Below, one piece after another: positions 9,420-18,867 of a stretch of DNA of 51,292 nt. Numbering within the stretch: position 1 is the stretch's first letter; the number at the start of each line of letters is the position of its first letter. A program made the position numbers and the translations under genes. Origin of the DNA: Clostridia bacterium (GTDB taxonomy: Bacteria; Bacillota; Clostridia; UMGS1883; UMGS1540); contig JAZROH010000065.1 in assembly GCA_045648645.1 (NCBI GenBank), positions 1 to 51,292 of the forward strand. The letters run 5' to 3'. Under the pieces are notes generated by a model. The model saw only the letters and a program-made list of their open reading frames with translations. It made no database searches and had not been told where the DNA came from.

Positions 9420-10601
9420 TTACTTCAAAGCACTATCTGCAAGCTTTTCTGCAAACATGGCAGGGGAGAGGGTGTGGGCGTTTTGTATAATTTTTATGCC
9501 CAGTTCTTTTGCCCGTTTAAAAAAGGACAAATCCGGCGTATGTTTTGTAAGCACAAGGATTTTTTTGGCATACGGACCGCCGAAACGGTTTGCCACAACA
9601 GAAAGCTTATACAATTCATCCGTACTTACAAAGCCGTTTTTGCAGGAAATGTAAACGGGAATAATGCCCTGCATCAAAAAGACATCAATTTCATTTTTGA
9701 CATCCTCTTTTAAATAGGAGGAGGGACGGGATTCCCAGTCAATGACTACACCGGTATTGGCATCTGTAAATATATTCTTACGTTTGTTTTGCAGGACATA
9801 TGCCGCATAATAGGTGTAAAGCTCTAAAACGGCGCCTTCTTTGGAAAGCGCATGCTGTATGGCGCGGTTTTTATAGCGGAAGGAGATGTAATCCCCTTTT
9901 TCCCGATAGCCGCTGAGTGCGCCCACTTGTTGCAGGGCGCGAATTGTCCGCCGAAGAACGTCTTGCTTTTGCGGCGGAAGCTTGCGTGTCGCCTCTTGCA
10001 TTCTGAGTTCTACATACAGGCTTTCGGGCGGGCAATATGCGTGCAGGGTGCTGAGGGCTGTATTCCATGCCTGACAGTCCCGCTTGCACACCGACCATAC
10101 GGACAGAACATCCTGCCAAAATTCCGAAGATTCGGGTGGAATAAAAGTTTCTGAAACGGCACCGCCGTAAAGTGCAATATTTTCTGAAATGGAAAGCCGG
10201 ACGGGACGCGGTGCGGGATAAAGCGAGGAACCTAAAAGGGGCGTAAGTGTGGCACGCGCAGTATCTAAGGTGTGCATGGGAAGCCCGTATTTTTCCGAAA
10301 GCGCACCCATAGCAACGAAAATTTCCGTTTGTCCGCCTGTCAGGTCAAAGATGCAGTTTTCGTGCGTTTTAATCAGGGATTCCAGCTTTTGTATAAGGCT
10401 TTGGTAGTTCTTGGTGTTAACCCGCACAACCTCAACCTTTGTGGGAAGTCCTTGGGCGCGAATGATGTTTTGCAGTCTATGGCTAAACGCGTACATTTCC
10501 ATGGAATTTGTTCCGCACAATATAAGATTATCAGGGGAGAGCAGAAGGGTGCTAAGTGCATTATGAATGGGTACGGAATCAAAAAATTCTATAATAGTCA
10601 A
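9420..10601 (-). CDS. Card1/Can2-like (DUF1887) CARF-domain protein with a C-terminal restriction-endonuclease-like domain
   Basis: N-terminal Rossmann-like CARF (IEFFD..PIHN, FDLTGG); LSISENIALYGG; C-terminal G..LE, NEIDV, ISCK, ELYKL...FGG motifs; 393 aa. Confidence 0.8.
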   Translation of the reverse strand: MTIIEFFDSVPIHNALSTLLLSPDNLILCGTNSMEMYAFSHRLQNIIRAQGLPTKVEVVRVNTKNYQSLIQKLESLIKTHENCIFDLTGGQTEIFVAMGALSEKYGLPMHTLDTARATLTPLLGSSLYPAPRPVRLSISENIALYGGAVSETFIPPESSEFWQDVLSVWSVCKRDCQAWNTALSTLHAYCPPESLYVELRMQEATRKLPPQKQDVLRRTIRALQQVGALSGYREKGDYISFRYKNRAIQHALSKEGAVLELYTYYAAYVLQNKRKNIFTDANTGVVIDWESRPSSYLKEDVKNEIDVFLMQGIIPVYISCKNGFVSTDELYKLSVVANRFGGPYAKKILVLTKHTPDLSFFKRAKELGIKIIQNAHTLSPAMFAEKLADSALK

Positions 10602-10615
10602 TGTATAATCCTTCC

Positions 10616-13600
10616 TTACGATTCTTTTCTTATGTCATCCAGCTGCATGGTCAGAAGCTTGGAAACACCCTTTTCCTGCATAGTAACGCCATATAATACG
10701 TCTGCCGCTTCCATGGTGCCGCGACGGTGGGTAACGATAATAAACTGGGTGTCCGCATAGTCGCGAAGATATGCGGCAAAGCGGTCAATGTTATGGTCAT
10801 CGAGCGCCGATTCAATTTCGTCGAGAATACAGAAGGGGGCGGGACGAACACGAAGCACCGAAAATAAGATGGCAATGGCGGTAAGCGCTTTTTCGCCGCC
10901 GGATAAAAGCGATAGGCTTTGCAGCTTTTTGCCGGGGGGCTGTACGTCAATTTCAATGCCGCTTTCCAGAATGTTTTCAGGGTCGGCAAGGGTAAGCTTT
11001 CCAGTACCGCCGCCGAAAAGGGCGCGGAATGTGTCTTTAAAGTGTTCAGCGATTTCCGCGAATCGGGCGGCAAAGGTTTCGGTCATCACACGGGTCATAT
11101 CCGCAATGATTTTTTGAAGCTCTGCCATTGCTTTTTCAAGGTCTGCAATTTGCGCCGCCAGAAATGCATGCCGTTCCTTAACTTCGGCATATTCCGCGAC
11201 TGCATCAATGTTCACGCTTCCAAGACCGCGAATCGTGCGGCGAAGGCGCGTTGCTTCCTCTTTTGCAGGCCCGATGGGTCCAATATCCGTCTGGTACGCA
11301 CTTGCCGCAGAGTAGGTAAGCTCATAGGCATCCCAAAGGTGCGTAATGGTGTCATCCAGTTCATTTTGCATTTTTTCAAGCTTTGCTTCAAGGCGTGTTT
11401 TTTCACCCTGCAGCGCATAAAGCTTTTCGTTTTGCATTTGCAAATCCGCGCGCATTTTAGCGGCGCGGGTATCGTCTGTATCTTTTTCGGATGCCATTTT
11501 TGATAAATTTTCTTGAAATTCCTGTGCGCGTTTTTTAGCTTCATCAATATCCAGAAGACGATTGGCGTGGCGAAGACGCAGGTCTTCGGCATTTTGCAGC
11601 GCCATTCGTTTTTTATATTCTTTTTCCGCAATATCGCCGCGCAGCTTTTGTATGGAAAGAAGCGTTTGCTCACGTGCACTGTAGGCGGCAACCAAATCTT
11701 TTTCGGAGGAATTTACCGCAACCTGTAAATCCGCAAGCGCATCCCGCTGCGCACTCTGGTTTTCCATATAACGGCGCAAAAGCGCGCGGGCTTCCTCTGT
11801 CCGTGCTTCCGCTTCCGTATGCCGTTTTCTAAGGTCTTCCTCCGCGCATTTCAGTCGGTCACGCTCCGCATCTGCGTTTTGGATTTGGGCGAAGGTGCTG
11901 GCGAGGTCTGCCTTAAGTCTTGCCAAATGTTTTTCTTCATTTTCTTTTTCGCTTTCGCAAAGCCGAATGCTTCCTTCGCACTGCATAAGGGATGCTTTTT
12001 TACGGGCGTGGTCTGCGCGAAGGTCTTCCATCTCGTCCGTAATTTCCGCAATGCGGTCATTTTGTGCGTCAATTTTATCTTCGATTTTCTGCATATGTAC
12101 AGAAAGTGCCTGACATTCTTTTTCGAGTGCGGCAATTTCCTCACTTCTCCCTAGAAGATGGGATTGTCCGCCGCGACTCCCGCCGGACATAGAGCCGCCA
12201 CGCATCAAAACTTCGCCGTCAATTGTCACAATTTTAAATTGATGCGAAAACTTTCGTGCGGCGCTAATAGCATTATCAATCGTATCCATAACCACAGTAG
12301 TGCCGAGCAAATGGAGAATGATATCCTGATAGGCGCGGTCGGTAGATACAAGGTCACAGCCAAGCCCGATAAAGCCGGGACAGGCAGCAACCCGGCTTTC
12401 ATTGGAAAGGCGTTGTCCCCGTACAGCGGAAATGGGTAGGAAGGTGGCACGTCCCTCGCGGGTGCGCTTTAGAAAGTCAATAGCTTCCTTGGCGTCCTCT
12501 TCTCTGCCCACAACAATATTTTGAAGGGCACCCCCAAGTGCGGTTTCGATGGCGGTTACATAGGCGGGCTCCACAGAAATCAGCTGGGACAGTACGCCGC
12601 GGATATCGGCTGAGAGGTGAGCGGAGATAACAGCGCGAACGCCCCTGGCGTAGCCTTCCATGTTCTGCTCCATATCTGAAAGCGCATTTTTTCGGGAAAG
12701 CTTCTGGTTATATGTGCGCATCGTTTCATTATATGTATTTTTCTGCGCCTGCAGGGCGGCTTGTACCGCAGGTTTTTCTGCTGCAAGCGTATGAAAAGTT
12801 TGTGCGGTAGTTTCAATTTCTGCCTTCAGTGTTTCCTTCTGCTTTTCAAGTGCCTGGGCTGTCTTTTGGTTTTCTGTAAGCCGTTTTTCCGAAAGGATAA
12901 TTTCCGAAGAAAGCTCTGCACTTCTGGCATTTAAATCATAACCGGACAGAGAGGCAATGTGCTTTGCCGTTTCTTCTGCCTGCGCTAAAAGCTGTGCGGC
13001 GGCAGCGGCAAGGTCTTCCGAGATGCCGGTTTGCGTGCGAATGGCAGAGGCGGCATCCTCAAGCTTTATCCGTCCTGCCTCCACTGCGTTTTCGGCTTCG
13101 GAAAGCGCAGCTTTACAGGCTTCAATGTGGGCCTCCGCGGCTTTGGTTGCCGCTTCCAGCTGCAGAATTTCTTCTTCTGCCCCCTGCTTTTCAGCTTCGA
13201 ATTGCTCTGCCGTTTTCATTTCGGTTTCCATGCGCTGCGAGAGCAGGGCGTTGTCACCCTCCCAGCCTTTAATGGAAAGGTCGGTGCTGTGCAAAAGGGA
13301 GCGTACTGCTTCCATTTCCGCATCGCGTGTTTTCATTTCGCCGTAGAGAGATTCCTCTTCCTTTTGCATCGTGTCAAGCTTTGCGGTTTCATTTTCCAGT
13401 TCACAGCGTACAGCATCAAAAAGTGCAGAAGATTCGGCTTTGCCTTTTTGCAGCTTTTCAATATCAATAATGGAAAGGTTAATTTCCAATGTTTTTAGCT
13501 TTTCGTATAAGTCCAGATATTCCCGCGCTTTTCTAGCCTGCGTTTCCAAAGGACCGAGGCGGGCGGAAAGTTCTCCTTGAATATCCCGAACGCGGACAAG

Positions 13601-14161
13601 GTTTTCTTCCGTAGTTGTCAGCTTTCGTACCGCTTCGTTCTTTTTATATTTGTATTTGGAAATACCGGCAGCTTCTTCGAAAATCTGCCGTCTGTCTTCT
13701 GATTTTTGGGATAAAATGGAATCAATCTGTCCCTGACTTATAATGGAATATCCGTCGCGTCCAAGCCCCGTATCCATAAAAAGCTCGTGAATATCCCGAA
13801 GACGGCAGGGTGTTTTGTTGATAAAATATTCACTTTCCCCGCTACGGTAGACCCGACGGGTGACTGTGATTTCCGTATACGGGCTTGAAAAAAGCCCGGA
13901 AGAATTGTCGAGCGTAAGAGACACTTCGGCAAAGCTTACGGGTTTATGCTTCGCGGTACCGGCAAAAATAACATCCTCCATGCGACTGCCGCGAAGAGAT
14001 TTTACACTTTGTTCGCCGAGAACCCAACGAATGGCATCGGTGATATTGCTTTTACCGCTGCCGTTAGGACCGACAATGGCGGTGATTGCATAGTCGAAGG
14101 ATACGCAAAGCTTATCCATAAAGGACTTAAAGCCGTACATATCCAGCCGTTTTAAATACAT
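10616..14161 (-). CDS. smc: Chromosome segregation protein SMC
   Basis: GFKSF, Walker A GPNGSGKSN, hinge GRATFLP, signature LSGGEK, Walker B ILDEIE, long coiled coils. Confidence 0.99.
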   Translation of the reverse strand: MYLKRLDMYGFKSFMDKLCVSFDYAITAIVGPNGSGKSNITDAIRWVLGEQSVKSLRGSRMEDVIFAGTAKHKPVSFAEVSLTLDNSSGLFSSPYTEITVTRRVYRSGESEYFINKTPCRLRDIHELFMDTGLGRDGYSIISQGQIDSILSQKSEDRRQIFEEAAGISKYKYKKNEAVRKLTTTEENLVRVRDIQGELSARLGPLETQARKAREYLDLYEKLKTLEINLSIIDIEKLQKGKAESSALFDAVRCELENETAKLDTMQKEEESLYGEMKTRDAEMEAVRSLLHSTDLSIKGWEGDNALLSQRMETEMKTAEQFEAEKQGAEEEILQLEAATKAAEAHIEACKAALSEAENAVEAGRIKLEDAASAIRTQTGISEDLAAAAAQLLAQAEETAKHIASLSGYDLNARSAELSSEIILSEKRLTENQKTAQALEKQKETLKAEIETTAQTFHTLAAEKPAVQAALQAQKNTYNETMRTYNQKLSRKNALSDMEQNMEGYARGVRAVISAHLSADIRGVLSQLISVEPAYVTAIETALGGALQNIVVGREEDAKEAIDFLKRTREGRATFLPISAVRGQRLSNESRVAACPGFIGLGCDLVSTDRAYQDIILHLLGTTVVMDTIDNAISAARKFSHQFKIVTIDGEVLMRGGSMSGGSRGGQSHLLGRSEEIAALEKECQALSVHMQKIEDKIDAQNDRIAEITDEMEDLRADHARKKASLMQCEGSIRLCESEKENEEKHLARLKADLASTFAQIQNADAERDRLKCAEEDLRKRHTEAEARTEEARALLRRYMENQSAQRDALADLQVAVNSSEKDLVAAYSAREQTLLSIQKLRGDIAEKEYKKRMALQNAEDLRLRHANRLLDIDEAKKRAQEFQENLSKMASEKDTDDTRAAKMRADLQMQNEKLYALQGEKTRLEAKLEKMQNELDDTITHLWDAYELTYSAASAYQTDIGPIGPAKEEATRLRRTIRGLGSVNIDAVAEYAEVKERHAFLAAQIADLEKAMAELQKIIADMTRVMTETFAARFAEIAEHFKDTFRALFGGGTGKLTLADPENILESGIEIDVQPPGKKLQSLSLLSGGEKALTAIAILFSVLRVRPAPFCILDEIESALDDHNIDRFAAYLRDYADTQFIIVTHRRGTMEAADVLYGVTMQEKGVSKLLTMQLDDIRKES

Positions 14162-14193
14162 GCAATCACCGCCTTTCTGTTTTATCTTCCGAT

Positions 14194-15036
14194 TTATTTT
14201 TCAGCAAATAAAATGCCAAGCGTACCGGGACCGCAATGGCTGGAGATTACGCAGCCTGCGTCCGCCCTATAGATTTCTTTGAAAATACCAAGTTCCTCCA
14301 AGGTTTCGTATGCAGCCGCCGCCACCTCGGGCTCCACTCCTGCATCTGTCAAAAATACATAGGCGGGGTCTGCCGCTACGCCTTCGAGCCGCTCGCGAAT
14401 GTATTTGGAAACAACGATTTTCAGCTTGCCGCGGTATTTTTTATCCATACCGAGCATACCGTCCGTGATGGCAAGGCTCGGCTTTATGCCGAGAAGATTT
14501 GCCCCAAGTGCCGCAATACCGCTGCAACGTCCACCGCGATGGATGTAGTCGAGCTGGTCTAATACAAAGCTTACATTACACCGCTTGGCGTATGCTGTGC
14601 AGTCCTCTGAAATAGCGGCAGCGTCGAGTCCCTGTTTGCGAAGCTCGATAGCATGAAGCAACACGAGTGCTTCACCGGAGGAAAGGGACGCCGTATCTAC
14701 TACATACACATTCTCAAACTCCGATGCCGCGAGCACGGCATTTTGACATGCCGAGGAAAAACGGGAGCCGAGAGAAAGATAAAGCACAGCATCACCTTTT
14801 TGTAAAAGCTCTGCGAAGAAATCGGAAAAAGCGGCAGGCGGGATGGCAGAGGTTTTCGGCATAACACCCGTTTCCTCGACTTTTTTATAGAGCGCGTCAC
14901 GGGTGATGGTAACACCGTCAATGAATTCTTCATCCCCGAAGTTTACATGGTAGGGGAGAACACAAATATCGTTTTCTGTAAGAAAGTGCTTCGGGATATC
15001 ACAAGCACTGTCAACGGCTATAACTATTTTTTGCAT
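14194..15036 (-). CDS. DegV/FakB-family fatty-acid-binding protein
   Basis: DSACD, PKTSA, VVDT.SLS.G, GGRC, IKP, SHCGPG motifs. Confidence 0.95.
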   Translation of the reverse strand: MQKIVIAVDSACDIPKHFLTENDICVLPYHVNFGDEEFIDGVTITRDALYKKVEETGVMPKTSAIPPAAFSDFFAELLQKGDAVLYLSLGSRFSSACQNAVLAASEFENVYVVDTASLSSGEALVLLHAIELRKQGLDAAAISEDCTAYAKRCNVSFVLDQLDYIHRGGRCSGIAALGANLLGIKPSLAITDGMLGMDKKYRGKLKIVVSKYIRERLEGVAADPAYVFLTDAGVEPEVAAAAYETLEELGIFKEIYRADAGCVISSHCGPGTLGILFAEK

Positions 15037-15053
15037 ATAAGAAGTCCTTTCTG

Positions 15054-15932
15054 CTATTCCTCCAGTTTTTTGAGTTCTGCAATTTCTTTTTCGTCCATTT
15101 TATCTTTATCGTGACTTTTCCCACGGCGCAGAAGCTTTACTTCGTCGCGGGAAAAGTCGGCAATGACGCCTTCTTCCGCACCATCGAGTCGAACACGAAG
15201 TCTGCCGGAAAGAAGCGCAACCGTAACAACGGTGCCGTTGCCGCGGGGGGTTTTTACAAGCGCGCCCACAGGAGGGGTGATTTTATGCAAATCCTCGTAG
15301 GCATCCTGCTCGTATTTGAGGCAGCACATAAGTCTGCCACAGGCACCGGAAATTTTTGTGGGGTTTAGAGAAAGACCTTGTTCCTTTGCCATTTTAATGG
15401 AAACGGGCTGGAAATCACTTAAAAATGTAGAACAGCAAAGGGGTCTGCCGCAGACACAAAGGCCGCCCATCATCTTCGCTTCATCTCTTACCCCGACCTG
15501 CCGCAGTTCAATGCGGGTACGAAATACCCCTGCAAGGTCTTTTACAAGTTCGCGGAAGTCAACGCGGCCGTTTGCCGTAAAGTAAAAGAGAATTTTATTG
15601 GCATCAAAGGAATACTCTACATGAATGAGCTTCATTTCCAGATTGTGTTTTTCGATTTTTTTAAGGCAAATATCAAAAGCTTCCTTTTCCTTTCGTCGGT
15701 TGGCTTCTACCTGTCGCGTGTCGGCGGGCGTAGCAATACGCACAACCTTTTTAAGAGGAGAAACCAAATCTTCGTCGGGGATATCGGAAATCGGAACGGT
15801 AACCTCGCCGTATTCAAGCCCCCGCGCAGTTTCAACAATTACATGCATGCCTGTTTTAAGGGGTAAATCCGTCGGGTCAAAGTGATACACTTTACCGTTT
15901 TCCTTAAACTTAACACCTACTATCCGTATCAT
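15054..15932 (-). CDS. ricT: PSP1/YaaT (RicT) stage 0 sporulation family protein
   Basis: RVDFRELVKDLA..FRTRIELRQ, CGRPLCC, KISGACGRLMCCLKYE. Confidence 0.95.
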   Translation of the reverse strand: MIRIVGVKFKENGKVYHFDPTDLPLKTGMHVIVETARGLEYGEVTVPISDIPDEDLVSPLKKVVRIATPADTRQVEANRRKEKEAFDICLKKIEKHNLEMKLIHVEYSFDANKILFYFTANGRVDFRELVKDLAGVFRTRIELRQVGVRDEAKMMGGLCVCGRPLCCSTFLSDFQPVSIKMAKEQGLSLNPTKISGACGRLMCCLKYEQDAYEDLHKITPPVGALVKTPRGNGTVVTVALLSGRLRVRLDGAEEGVIADFSRDEVKLLRRGKSHDKDKMDEKEIAELKKLEE

Positions 15933-16899
15933 GACAATACCTCCAACATTCTAATAGAAAATCTGTTATCCATATTGTAAAATTTGACCCCTTGCCTATG
16001 GAGGCGGCAAGAGAAAGGGCTGCTTCATGGCAGCGAACGGCCGCGCGGGGCGGCACGGAAAATGCAAATTCAGAAATGGCAGCCTGCATATCCTGATTTA
16101 AAAGCATGTTCTCATCAGAAAGCTGCACATAAATACAGTCGCGCATCCAGGAAGAGAAAAAAGAAAGCATAACGGGAAGCGCATGTTTATATTCTTCAAA
16201 GCACCGCAAAATAGAATAAATGCCTGCACGGGACGCGGCAAGGCGGGGTAGCACGGAAAAAAGTGCTTGCCGCATGGAAAGGTATTCTTCGTTTTCGGCA
16301 AGACTCTTCGCCGTTCCGATGCTGCCACCCGAAGCTGCCGCCAGAAAGGCTGCATCCGGCGCGCGGTGCGGATAATTTTCTAAAATAAAGGTTTCCAGTT
16401 CTTTGGCAGGGCATCCGGTCATACCCACAACAATACCGCGGGATAATACCGTTTTTAAAAGGGCATCCCGATTGGTAACGGTCAAAAAAATCGTTACATA
16501 GGACGGCGGTTCTTCAAACGCTTTTAAAAGCGTGTTCTGTACGGCGGGGGAGAGCTTCTCGCCATCCGGAAAAATATAAATTTTCCGTTCGGATAAAAAG
16601 GGCTTAACATACATTTCCGCCACAAGGCTTCGTGCCCGCTCTACATTTAAAGGATTCTTTTCGTCCGCCGCAACATAAATAATATCCGGATGGTTTCCGC
16701 TTTTTGTTTTTATGCAGGTACTGCATTTGTCACAAGGCTTTGATTCTCCTTCGCAGAGAAGAAGTCTTGCCAGGTACCGGCATAATGTTTTTTTACCCAT
16801 ACCAACAGCACCCTCGAAAATATACAGATGTCCGATTGTATGTTTTCGGAGTGCTGCTTCAAAATATGCAATCTGTGTATCCTTACCGTATAACTTCAA
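15910..16899 (-). CDS. holB: DNA polymerase III subunit delta'
   Basis: HLYIFEGAVGMGK, zinc cysteines C..PCDKCSTC, NHPD, NTLLKAFEEPP, TVLSR; lies between darA and ricT. Confidence 0.92.
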   Translation of the reverse strand: MKLYGKDTQIAYFEAALRKHTIGHLYIFEGAVGMGKKTLCRYLARLLLCEGESKPCDKCSTCIKTKSGNHPDIIYVAADEKNPLNVERARSLVAEMYVKPFLSERKIYIFPDGEKLSPAVQNTLLKAFEEPPSYVTIFLTVTNRDALLKTVLSRGIVVGMTGCPAKELETFILENYPHRAPDAAFLAAASGGSIGTAKSLAENEEYLSMRQALFSVLPRLAASRAGIYSILRCFEEYKHALPVMLSFFSSWMRDCIYVQLSDENMLLNQDMQAAISEFAFSVPPRAAVRCHEAALSLAASIGKGSNFTIWITDFLLECWRYCHDTDSRC

Positions 16900-17222
16900 A
16901 CCTTTTCAAACCTGTCTACATCCATAACAAAAATTGTGGCACCGCCTACCTCCACCTCAATGGGCTGGGGCGTATACATGCCTGCCATGCCGGCGGAAAT
17001 CGGCGTTGTCATAATATGCTTGCGGGTGCGACACCTTTCCTTGAAAATAGAAATTGCTTCCTCTACCCGCTCCTCTTCGGTACCTACAAGCAGCGTAATA
17101 TTTCCTGCACGCAGAAAACCGCCTGTAGTTGCAAGCTTTGTAACGCTGAAGCCTGCATCGTTTAGTGTGCCGAGCACCTTGTTGCCGTCCTCACTGTGTA
17201 CAATTGCCAGAATGAGCTTCAT
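16896..17222 (-). CDS. darA: Cyclic-di-AMP receptor, PII-like (DarA/PstA/YaaQ)
   Basis: MKLILAIVHSED...TKLATTGGFLRAGN...EVEVGGATIFV; start moved to ATG 17222. Confidence 0.95.
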   Translation of the reverse strand: MKLILAIVHSEDGNKVLGTLNDAGFSVTKLATTGGFLRAGNITLLVGTEEERVEEAISIFKERCRTRKHIMTTPISAGMAGMYTPQPIEVEVGGATIFVMDVDRFEKV

Positions 17223-17247
17223 AGAGAATTCCCCTTTCAAAATGAGA

Positions 17248-17976
17248 TTATTTATAAGCACGGGCTACCGCATGGATAATTTCTGCAGCTTCTTCCCGTA
17301 TAGCCTTTTCAATAGGCGCATCCGTTTCGCAAAACGGATTATTGCGCATATCCTTACCAAAAAGAATTTCATACCAAGTACCGGCAATTATGTATCTGCC
17401 AAGCCCTAAGGAAGCATGAATATCATCCCGGTATAAAGGCGTAAGCCCTACTTCCTCTGCTTTGCAGAGTGCAAGCCCTGCCGGAATAATAATTTCAATT
17501 CCTGTTTCTTCGGCAGCTTCCCGGTAGGCAGCCTCCGCCTTTTCAAACATTTCGCGAGGCGTTTTAAAGCCGAGGGAAGCAAGTTTTTCACTTTTGGGCG
17601 CATATCCCCATGTTTGGTGCAGAGCCTGTCGGGCAGAAGGAGCATGCTTCTTTACAAAAGCGGAAAGAAGCCCGAGGTGCGGCTGATATGTAGCATAATC
17701 AATGCTTTGGTAGCTTACCTGCTGCAGCGTTACAACATCCCATGTGTCGCTCGCAAGAGCTTCAGGAATGGAAACCATCCTGCCGGTATTTTCGCCGTTG
17801 AGTTCATAGCCGTATGCTGCTTCCTCGTTTATGAGGTTATTAAGATGCCGCTCTAAAGAGCAGCCGCCGATATAAAGATTTACAACCTTAGCCTGCTCGC
17901 CGCCAGCGGCGGCAATCTGCGAAAGATAACGGGTTGCGTCCTGTGAATAGCAGTTTCCGATACATAGGATGTTCAT
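17248..17976 (-). CDS. DUF4886-like SGNH-fold hydrolase
   Basis: IGNCYSQDA, NLYIGGCSLERH, WDVVTLQQVS, HQTWGY, IIPAG, LYRDDIHAS; start reassigned to ATG 17976. Confidence 0.8.
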   Translation of the reverse strand: MNILCIGNCYSQDATRYLSQIAAAGGEQAKVVNLYIGGCSLERHLNNLINEEAAYGYELNGENTGRMVSIPEALASDTWDVVTLQQVSYQSIDYATYQPHLGLLSAFVKKHAPSARQALHQTWGYAPKSEKLASLGFKTPREMFEKAEAAYREAAEETGIEIIIPAGLALCKAEEVGLTPLYRDDIHASLGLGRYIIAGTWYEILFGKDMRNNPFCETDAPIEKAIREEAAEIIHAVARAYK

Positions 17977-18007
17977 AGTGCACCTCAATTGCCAATTCTT
18001 TTTATAC

Positions 18008-18036
18008 AGTATATCATAAAATAAAGAGAAAAGCAA
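18008..18036 (-). promoter_or_regulatory. Putative sigma-A promoter for the DUF4886-darA-holB-ricT run
   Basis: Minus strand TTGCTT-N17-TATACT with TG extension. Confidence 0.55.
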
Positions 18037-18066
18037 AACTTTTTTGTTCAATAAATAAAAAAATAG

Positions 18067-18113
18067 GAAAAAAGGGGCGGATGGTGAAATGCATTTGCAA
18101 AACCATCCGCCCC
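18067..18113 (-). terminator. Intrinsic terminator after the aldolase gene
   Basis: 12-bp stem GGGGCGGATGGT/ACCATCCGCCCC followed by a T-run on the minus strand. Confidence 0.85.
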
Positions 18114-18123
18114 ACAGGACTTT

Positions 18124-18867
18124 TTAGTCGATATTTTCCACAAAGCCGTGGAGTTCTTTGTACTTCTGGGTGAGGAAGCCGATATCGCCGCCGGACCAGA
18201 TAATGTTCATGCCCTTTTCTCTCCAGAAGGTGATTTCTTCGGGAGAGTCGCAGTAGATACCGCAGGACATATTGTTCTTATTACAGATTTCGATAACTCT
18301 TTCAATCTGGGAAATCAGATTTTCGTTCTTATACTGGAACGGAATGCCCATGTCAATGGAAAGGTCAGTGGGACCGACGATAACGCCGTTTGCCTTTACA
18401 GCGCCCAGCATAGCATCCAGATTATCAATACCCTGTACCGATTCCATCTGCAGGAAAAGTGCGCGATTTTCATTGAAATGATTTACATCCAGATTGCCGC
18501 GAAGAAGAGAGAAGCCGCCGCAGCCCTTTTTACCGATGGGCGGGAACTTGACACTTTCATATGCTTTCTTTGCCTGTTCCACGGTTTCCACGCGGGGTAC
18601 CAAAATGCCGTCCGCTCCGATGTCTAAAAGCTTAGAAAGCAGATGGTATTCCGTGTCAGCGGCACGCACAACGGCGGGAACACCTAAGGTGTTGCACTGC
18701 ATGATCAGTTTTTCCGCTGTTTCCATGGAAAAACGTCCATGCTCCAAATCAAACATGAGGAAATCGGGAGCGGGATTAGAGAAAATCTTAATAATCCCCG
18801 CCCAATCCACATAGCTGATTGTGGTGGCAAAAATCTTTTCTCGGTTTTTCAGCTTGTCAAATAACAT
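18124..18867 (-). CDS. HpcH/HpaI-family class II pyruvate aldolase
   Basis: DLEHG, VVR, LDIGADGILVPRVE, KFPPIGKKG, QMES, GPTDLS. Confidence 0.92.
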   Translation of the reverse strand: MLFDKLKNREKIFATTISYVDWAGIIKIFSNPAPDFLMFDLEHGRFSMETAEKLIMQCNTLGVPAVVRAADTEYHLLSKLLDIGADGILVPRVETVEQAKKAYESVKFPPIGKKGCGGFSLLRGNLDVNHFNENRALFLQMESVQGIDNLDAMLGAVKANGVIVGPTDLSIDMGIPFQYKNENLISQIERVIEICNKNNMSCGIYCDSPEEITFWREKGMNIIWSGGDIGFLTQKYKELHGFVENID

